NCBI GenBank assembly: GCA_964371185.1
Contig: CAYJNC010000001.1
Span: 1-37,991 of the forward strand
Origin: an uncultured Christensenellaceae bacterium
Lineage (GTDB): Bacteria; Bacillota; Clostridia; Christensenellales; Christensenellaceae
Length of the DNA stretch: 37,991 nucleotides
Direction of reading: 5' to 3'
Shown: in pieces, positions 32,738 through 37,991 of the stretch
Layout: each line of letters opens with the position of its first letter
Position numbering within the stretch: position 1 is the first letter of the stretch
Made by a program: the position numbers and the translations under genes
The notes under the pieces: model-generated
The model's input: only the letters and a program-made list of their open reading frames with translations
Told to the model about the DNA's origin: nothing
The model's database searches: none

Positions 32738-33312
32738 GTAAAGAATATTTTGTGCACGAAAGCAGTTATATAGACGAAGGCGTTAAAATAGGGAAAGGCA
32801 CAAAAATTTGGCATTTTTGCCACATTCAAAAAAACGCACAGATAGGCGAAAATTGCAATTTCGGGCAGAATGTGAATGTTGGAAACAATGTTAAAATAGG
32901 GAATAGTTGTAGGGTTCAAAACAATGTGACGGTTTATGAAAACGTAACCTTAGAGGACTATGTTTTTTGCGGGCCTTCTATGGTGTTCACAAACGTTACG
33001 ACACCCCGTGCAAAATATCCGGTGAAGAATGTGAAAAACGGCTTTGCGGACACTTTAGTCTGCTACGGCGCTTCTATCGGTGCTAATGCAACCATAGTTT
33101 GCGGACATACTATTGGAAAACATGCGCTTATTGCGGCAGGAGCCGTTGTGACGAAAAATGTTGCCGATTATGCCGTTATGGCGGGAGTGCCCGCCAAACA
33201 AATCGGCTGGATATGCGAATGCGGGCAACTCTTAAAGGATGGGTTTGCTTGCAAAAAATGCGGTAGAGAGTATCGCATGAATGAAAACAGTTTATTGGAA
33301 GAAATAGTATAG
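32734..33312 (+). CDS. Left-handed beta-helix N-acetyltransferase, WbpD/WlbB-like
   Basis: 192 aa. Hexapeptide repeats IGENCNFGQNVNVGNNVKIGNSCRVQNNVTV. ATGA overlap with the upstream gene. C-terminal CECG...CKKCG. Confidence 0.8.
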   Translation: MSKEYFVHESSYIDEGVKIGKGTKIWHFCHIQKNAQIGENCNFGQNVNVGNNVKIGNSCRVQNNVTVYENVTLEDYVFCGPSMVFTNVTTPRAKYPVKNVKNGFADTLVCYGASIGANATIVCGHTIGKHALIAAGAVVTKNVADYAVMAGVPAKQIGWICECGQLLKDGFACKKCGREYRMNENSLLEEIV

Positions 33313-33322
33313 AGGTATTGGT

Positions 33323-34450
33323 ATGGAATTCAGAGATTTAAAAGCGCAATATAAAAAATTAAAACCGCAAATGGACGAAGCAATTTCAAAGGCGGTGGTT
33401 GAGGGTCGGTATATTTTAGGTCCGCAAGTTACAGAGCTTGAGGATCAATTGGCGGAATATGTGGGCGTCTCACATTGTATTACATGTGCAAACGGAACAG
33501 ATGCACTTCAACTTGCGTTGATGGCATACGAAATTGGCGAGGGAGATTGTGTTTTTGTGCCCGACCTAACTTTCTTTGCGTCGGCAGAGGCGGTGGCTAC
33601 CGTTCGTGCTACTCCGGTTTTTGTGGACATTGAGAATGATGGATTTAATATTGACATAGATTCTTTGGAAGATGCCATAAAAAGAGTTTTAAACGAAGGA
33701 AAGTTAAAACCACGTGCGGTAATGGCGGTAGATTTATTCGGTTTGCCGGCAAATTATCCGCAGATAAAAAAGATATGCAAAGAATATGATTTATTATTAA
33801 TCGAAGACGGCGCACAAGGGTTCGGAGGTGCAATAGAAGGAAAATTGGCTTGTAGTTTTGCAGACATTGCAACCACATCTTTTTTCCCGGCGAAGCCTTT
33901 GGGTTGCTATGGAGACGGCGGTGCGATTTTCACAAACGACGAAAAGATAGACAAACTGTTGCGCTCGTACAAATTTCACGGTAAGGGTGAAGATAAATAC
34001 GACAATGTTAGAATAGGAATGAATTCCCGTTTAGACACCGTTCAGGCGGCTATTTTGCAAGTTAAGTTAAAAGCATTTTACGAATATGAATTAAGCGACG
34101 TAAATGCCGTTGCCGATATGTATACAAAACGTTTAAAAGATGTTGTGAATGTGCCTAAAATACCACAAGGGTTTTATTCTTCTTGGGCGCAATACTGCAT
34201 ATTGTTAAAAGATGAAGAACAAAGAGACGGTTTGCAAAAATATTTGAATGAAAATAAAATACCCACCATGATTTATTTTCCAAAGCCCATGCACAGCCAG
34301 CAAGCTTTTGCATACTTAGAAGACGACGGAAAACATTGCAAACGTGCAACCGACGTTTCAAAACGTGTGTTGGCGCTTCCTATGGGACCTTATGTTACAA
34401 AAGAAGATTTAAACTATGTTTGTGATACGGTAATAAAATATTTAGGTTAG
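33323..34450 (+). CDS. DegT/DnrJ/EryC1-family PLP aminotransferase, WbpE/WlbC-like
   Basis: 375 aa. ITCANGTDALQLAL and SFFPAKPLGCYGDGGA (PLP-Lys context). Confidence 0.88.
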   Translation: MEFRDLKAQYKKLKPQMDEAISKAVVEGRYILGPQVTELEDQLAEYVGVSHCITCANGTDALQLALMAYEIGEGDCVFVPDLTFFASAEAVATVRATPVFVDIENDGFNIDIDSLEDAIKRVLNEGKLKPRAVMAVDLFGLPANYPQIKKICKEYDLLLIEDGAQGFGGAIEGKLACSFADIATTSFFPAKPLGCYGDGGAIFTNDEKIDKLLRSYKFHGKGEDKYDNVRIGMNSRLDTVQAAILQVKLKAFYEYELSDVNAVADMYTKRLKDVVNVPKIPQGFYSSWAQYCILLKDEEQRDGLQKYLNENKIPTMIYFPKPMHSQQAFAYLEDDGKHCKRATDVSKRVLALPMGPYVTKEDLNYVCDTVIKYLG

Positions 34451-34460
34451 GGGAATTGTG

Positions 34461-35282
34461 CTATTGTGCAGTAAACTTATACACGAGATATTCGTTTGAT
34501 GTTGCAAGCAACTCGGCACCCGTGCTTTCGACTAATTCTTGTATGTTGAGAGCCGATGTGAAAACCATATAATCAACCTCTTCTTCTATCAAAATATGTT
34601 GAAGGTCTTTAGTTGGAATGGGTTGTGCATATTCAAAGACTTGCAACAAGGTTGCTATGTTTTCGGTTTCTTGTTCATCGGGGACACGCCCGGTGATTTC
34701 TTGTAAATAATCGTTTCGGCCATAAGCAAGGTAGATGGAAGGATCGTAAGAACGAATTTCGAGTGCGAACGGAAAAGGAACAATCGCCTTTATGTTTTCG
34801 TCTGAAAGGTTAGGGTCTTCTTGTTGGTTTTGCTTGATTATTTCCACAACGTTGATTAAATCATCGGATACTTTCATAATGTTTTCGGCAGGAACCAATG
34901 CGGTGTTTTTAAAGATAAATTGTCCGCAAACGACGACTATTAATAGGCAGGCGGCTATTACGGCTAACTGCTTTATTTTTTTGTTTTGAGAAATTATTAA
35001 TTTTGTTGCGGTATGACCTAACAAAATCACAACGGGAAGTGCCCATAAAAATCTATAGTAGGTTGATAGTTCGCCGAAAAATGATGACAGCGCAGGTGCA
35101 ATTATAGGGTTGAATACGGTAAGCAACAAAAACAACGAAGGATACAAAAAAATAGCCTTTTCTTTGGGCGTTCCCTTTATTAGAACATACAGTAAAGCGG
35201 CGCAATAAAGTCCGATGTACATACTTACACCATTATAGGCGGTTAATACTTCTCTAACAGATAATTCGGCTAATTCTAACAT
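34461..35282 (-). CDS. Membrane protein of unknown function (about 4 N-terminal TM helices plus a soluble C-terminal domain)
   Basis: 273 aa. GAGG RBS 8 nt upstream. Lies 13 nt downstream of the preceding polytopic membrane-protein gene. Confidence 0.6.
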   Translation of the reverse strand: MLELAELSVREVLTAYNGVSMYIGLYCAALLYVLIKGTPKEKAIFLYPSLFLLLTVFNPIIAPALSSFFGELSTYYRFLWALPVVILLGHTATKLIISQNKKIKQLAVIAACLLIVVVCGQFIFKNTALVPAENIMKVSDDLINVVEIIKQNQQEDPNLSDENIKAIVPFPFALEIRSYDPSIYLAYGRNDYLQEITGRVPDEQETENIATLLQVFEYAQPIPTKDLQHILIEEEVDYMVFTSALNIQELVESTGAELLATSNEYLVYKFTAQ

Positions 35283-35295
35283 ACACAGACCTCGA

Positions 35296-36348
35296 TTATA
35301 AAATAATGTATCCGGCGATGAGTAAGTAATATAAACTTATTACCGCAATACATGGAGCAGAGCAAATTAAGAAGTTTCTGAATATTTTTAAACTTTTACT
35401 TGTAATGGCAAACGGAATTGCAAAACTTGCTAAAGTAGCGGGAATAATGTACATGGACGATGTGGAAAAAGAACTGCAAGTAGCGGTAACCATGAGCATA
35501 TAAACCCAATATTTTTTCTCGTTTGGCTTTTTAAAGATTTTCAATGCAAACAGAATAACGAGTGGAATTAAAATATTACATAATATAGTTTTACCTTGCG
35601 AAATTCGTGTGTATAAAAATCGTGAAGGTGTATAAATAGAAGAATTGCCGAACAGGTTTACAACTGTTGCCATAATTAAAAAGACTATTGGGGCATAATT
35701 GCTGTTCGGCCAAAATTCTTGGCCTATTTTGTAGAATATTAGGTTTGAAATAAATAGCAAAAGTATGGGTAGAACAATTCTTGTCAGGAGTAAGGGGTGA
35801 AGCGAGAATAAATTGCACATAACGGCTGAAGTCATCGGATAGGTAGCGATTGCGTATCGGGAATTTAAGATTTCGAGAGGAAAACCGGTATAGGGATCAT
35901 ATATGTACATGGTATCCGTATATACGGCGGTGCTGATTGTGCCGGTATAAAAAGTATCGTCGTAATCAGTGTAACTAAACCCTAAAACAATTATCAGCTG
36001 AAAAGCGAATAACCCTAAGGCAATGATTTCCGGAAGTCTTATTTTTTTTATAGCAATAAAAAAGCTTTTTATAATATTAAAGCAAACTTTACGTTTGTAT
36101 ATAAAAGCGAATATTGTGAGTCCGAATACGACAAAAGCCCATATTACGGTAGTGTCGGATAATGATTGACGCAGAAGAGTCATAGGTAAAACAATAAAAT
36201 AAGAAATAAGATATAGTAACAAGAAACCTAATAAAAAAGGTTTTCCAAAAGACGGTTCATCGGAAGGTTTTGAAAAAAAAGAACCAAAAGCAATAATTAT
36301 TATAGATAATGTAAATAATATCAGTAGACTATGCAGTATGCTTATCAT
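35296..36348 (-). CDS. Polytopic membrane protein, candidate polysaccharide polymerase (Wzy/EpsG-like) or similar
   Basis: About 350 aa and very hydrophobic with more than 9 predicted TM segments. I prefer the ATG at 36348 (MISILHS) because it follows AAAGGAAAA. The ORF-track TTG at 36396 is less likely. The functional call rests only on context and topology. Confidence 0.5.
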   Translation of the reverse strand: MISILHSLLILFTLSIIIIAFGSFFSKPSDEPSFGKPFLLGFLLLYLISYFIVLPMTLLRQSLSDTTVIWAFVVFGLTIFAFIYKRKVCFNIIKSFFIAIKKIRLPEIIALGLFAFQLIIVLGFSYTDYDDTFYTGTISTAVYTDTMYIYDPYTGFPLEILNSRYAIATYPMTSAVMCNLFSLHPLLLTRIVLPILLLFISNLIFYKIGQEFWPNSNYAPIVFLIMATVVNLFGNSSIYTPSRFLYTRISQGKTILCNILIPLVILFALKIFKKPNEKKYWVYMLMVTATCSSFSTSSMYIIPATLASFAIPFAITSKSLKIFRNFLICSAPCIAVISLYYLLIAGYIIL

Positions 36349-36492
36349 TGGTTTTTCCTTTCGATCAGATATATACATTATATTATAGCCTTGCAAAGAA
36401 TGTCAAATACAGCCGGTAAATATTGGTGATGAACATTGTATACGATAGCCTGTTTTTTATATGTTTTACGTGTTTTAATATGCTTAATACGG

Positions 36493-36521
36493 TTGAATAA
36501 TACAAAAAAATAAGGTATAAT
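36493..36521 (+). promoter_or_regulatory. Promoter for the nucleotide-sugar dehydrogenase gene
   Basis: TTGAAT (36493-36498), 17-nt spacer, TATAAT (36516-36521). Confidence 0.5.
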
Positions 36522-36550
36522 TAAAAAAGTTTTATAGGCAAGAGAGGAAA

Positions 36551-37876
36551 ATGGGTATGATTGAAAAAAATGAAATATTAAAACGTATAGAAAATTGTGA
36601 TATCACCGTCGGTGTGATAGGGCTTGGCTATGTAGGTTTGCCGCTTGCGGTAGAAAAAGCGAAGGCAGGCTTTAAAACTATTGGGTTTGACGTTCAAAAA
36701 GAAAAAATAGAAGCGATAAACAGAGGCGAAAACTATATTGGTGATATAGTAGACGAAGATTTGGCGGAAATGGTTAGAAGTAAGGTTTTAAGTGCAACCG
36801 AAGACTTTTCTTTTGTTTCACAAGTAGATTTTATTGCTATTTGTGTGCCCACGCCGCTCGATCAATATCAACAGCCGGATATAAGCTATGTAAAAAACAG
36901 TGCGCAAGAAATTGCAAAACACATGAAAAAAGGCACTATCGTTGTGTTAGAGTCTACAACCTATCCGGGCACAACCGAAGAGTTGTTATTGCCTATTTTA
37001 GAAGAAGGCTCGGGACTTAAGTGCGGAGAAGATTTTTATCTGGGTTTTTCACCCGAACGAGTAGACCCGGGTAATTTGTTGTTTAAAACAAAAAACACGC
37101 CTAAAGTTGTGGGTGGTGTTGGAAAAGAAGCCACGGAAGTTATTTCGGCAATGTACCGCAGTGTGCTCGAAGGAGATGTTTTTGAAGTGTCTTCACCGCG
37201 TATTGCCGAGATGGAAAAAATTCTTGAAAATACATACAGAAACATAAATATAGGTTTGATAAACGAAATTGCAATGCTTTGTGACGAAATGAACATTGAT
37301 ATTTGGGAAGTTATAGAGGCGGCAAAAACAAAGCCGTACGGTTTCCAACCGTTTTACCCGGGCCCCGGTTTGGGTGGACATTGCATACCCTTAGACCCAT
37401 ATTATCTTTCGTGGAAGGCTCGCAAATACGGTTTTCATACTTCCATGATAGAAGCATCTGCTATGATAAACGATCGTATGCCAAAATATGTTGTTCAGCG
37501 CGTTTCAAAAATATTGAATAAATTTAAGAAGCCGATAAACGGATCTAAAATATTGGTGTTGGGTGTTGCTTACAAGCAAGACATAGACGATTACAGAGAA
37601 AGCCCTGCTTTGGCGGTTATTGAAAATTTTGAAAAAGAGGGCGCTGATGTCGACTACTACGACAAAATGATACCGAAATACAGACATAACGGTGTGCAAA
37701 AAAGCAGTATACCGGAAATAAACGAAAACATAATTTCCGCATATGACATTGTTGTAATAACAACAGCAAACACAAATGTGGATTATGAAGAAGTGAATAG
37801 GGCCGCAAAAGTTGTGTTTGACACGAGAAACGCAATGAAAGAGGTTAAAGAAAGAAGCAAGATAGAAGTACTTTAA
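36551..37876 (+). CDS. UDP-N-acetyl-hexosamine 6-dehydrogenase (WbpA/WbpO/TviB nucleotide-sugar dehydrogenase family)
   Basis: 441 aa. VGVIGLGYVGLPLA Rossmann motif and GLGGHCIPLDPYYL catalytic-Cys motif. The start may be the second ATG at 36557. Confidence 0.88.
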   Translation: MGMIEKNEILKRIENCDITVGVIGLGYVGLPLAVEKAKAGFKTIGFDVQKEKIEAINRGENYIGDIVDEDLAEMVRSKVLSATEDFSFVSQVDFIAICVPTPLDQYQQPDISYVKNSAQEIAKHMKKGTIVVLESTTYPGTTEELLLPILEEGSGLKCGEDFYLGFSPERVDPGNLLFKTKNTPKVVGGVGKEATEVISAMYRSVLEGDVFEVSSPRIAEMEKILENTYRNINIGLINEIAMLCDEMNIDIWEVIEAAKTKPYGFQPFYPGPGLGGHCIPLDPYYLSWKARKYGFHTSMIEASAMINDRMPKYVVQRVSKILNKFKKPINGSKILVLGVAYKQDIDDYRESPALAVIENFEKEGADVDYYDKMIPKYRHNGVQKSSIPEINENIISAYDIVVITTANTNVDYEEVNRAAKVVFDTRNAMKEVKERSKIEVL

Positions 37877-37940
37877 GTAAACTATTGCTTTGCTTTTTTC
37901 CTTGTAAGCAAACAAATATAGTGATATAATGAAGAATAGT

Positions 37941-37983
37941 ATCATTGATATTTTTAAGAAATATCTTTATAAATATCAATGAT
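37941..37983. repeat. 13-bp perfect inverted repeat at the window edge
   Basis: ATCATTGATATTT (37941-37953) and AAATATCAATGAT (37971-37983), separated by 17 nt. Preceded by TGATATAAT at 37922-37930. Confidence 0.7.
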
Positions 37984-37991
37984 ATTATATT

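Noticed and set aside
36349-36396. TTG-initiated extension of the polytopic membrane protein (MQGYNIMYISDRKEKP)
   Set aside because: The ATG at 36348 is preceded by AAAGGAAAA at proper spacing, and the hydrophobic core begins right after it.
1-37991. Mobile genetic element, prophage or defence-system content
   Set aside because: No integrase, transposase, recombinase, terminal inverted repeats bracketing genes, phage structural genes, or nuclease/helicase/methylase-type defence genes appear in any of the six frames supplied.

Overview
Low-GC, Firmicutes/Clostridia-like chromosomal segment (GGAGG-type ribosome-binding sites, some TTG/GTG starts, TTGACA/TATAAT-type promoters). I saw no rRNA, tRNA, CRISPR array, transposase or integrase. 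There are three blocks. (1) 871-8713: an RbsABC-type sugar ABC importer (ATPase, permease, lipoprotein binding protein), a SorC-family regulator and two tandem paralogous FGGY sugar kinases. A relic fragment of a second RbsC-like permease lies upstream at 321-488. (2) 8938-20462: a 17-gene co-directional bacterial microcompartment (BMC) operon. It encodes PduL, an unknown 224-aa protein, a CoA-acylating aldehyde dehydrogenase, a PduS-like Fe-S flavoprotein, a PduT-like tandem-BMC shell protein, three near-identical BMC-H genes and three divergent BMC-P genes. It also encodes two deoxyribose-phosphate aldolase (DeoC) paralogs, a second SorC regulator, a Zn alcohol/polyol dehydrogenase, triosephosphate isomerase and a cupin-type phosphoglucose isomerase. 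No diol dehydratase, ethanolamine ammonia-lyase or glycyl-radical enzyme is present, so the DeoC aldolases are the candidate signature enzymes. This fits the bioinformatically catalogued, and to my knowledge experimentally uncharacterised, sugar-phosphate-utilisation (SPU) BMC class. Notable details: N-terminal encapsulation-peptide-like helices on five enzymes; a CxxCxxCxxxCP Fe-S motif fused to the C-terminus of one DeoC; a PduS/PduT redox pair; and a perfect 14-bp palindrome shared by the promoter regions of the transporter and BMC operons. (3) 20944-24789: a 1281-aa repetitive secreted surface protein, preceded by an intergenic region full of hairpins and repeats. Then 25253-37876: a mosaic cell-surface polysaccharide cluster holding homologs of all five Wbp-type enzymes for UDP-2,3-diacetamido-2,3-dideoxy-uronic acid, plus glycosyltransferases, an initiating phosphoglycosyl transferase and polytopic membrane proteins. 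All functional calls come from reading motifs in the supplied translations. No database search was possible.
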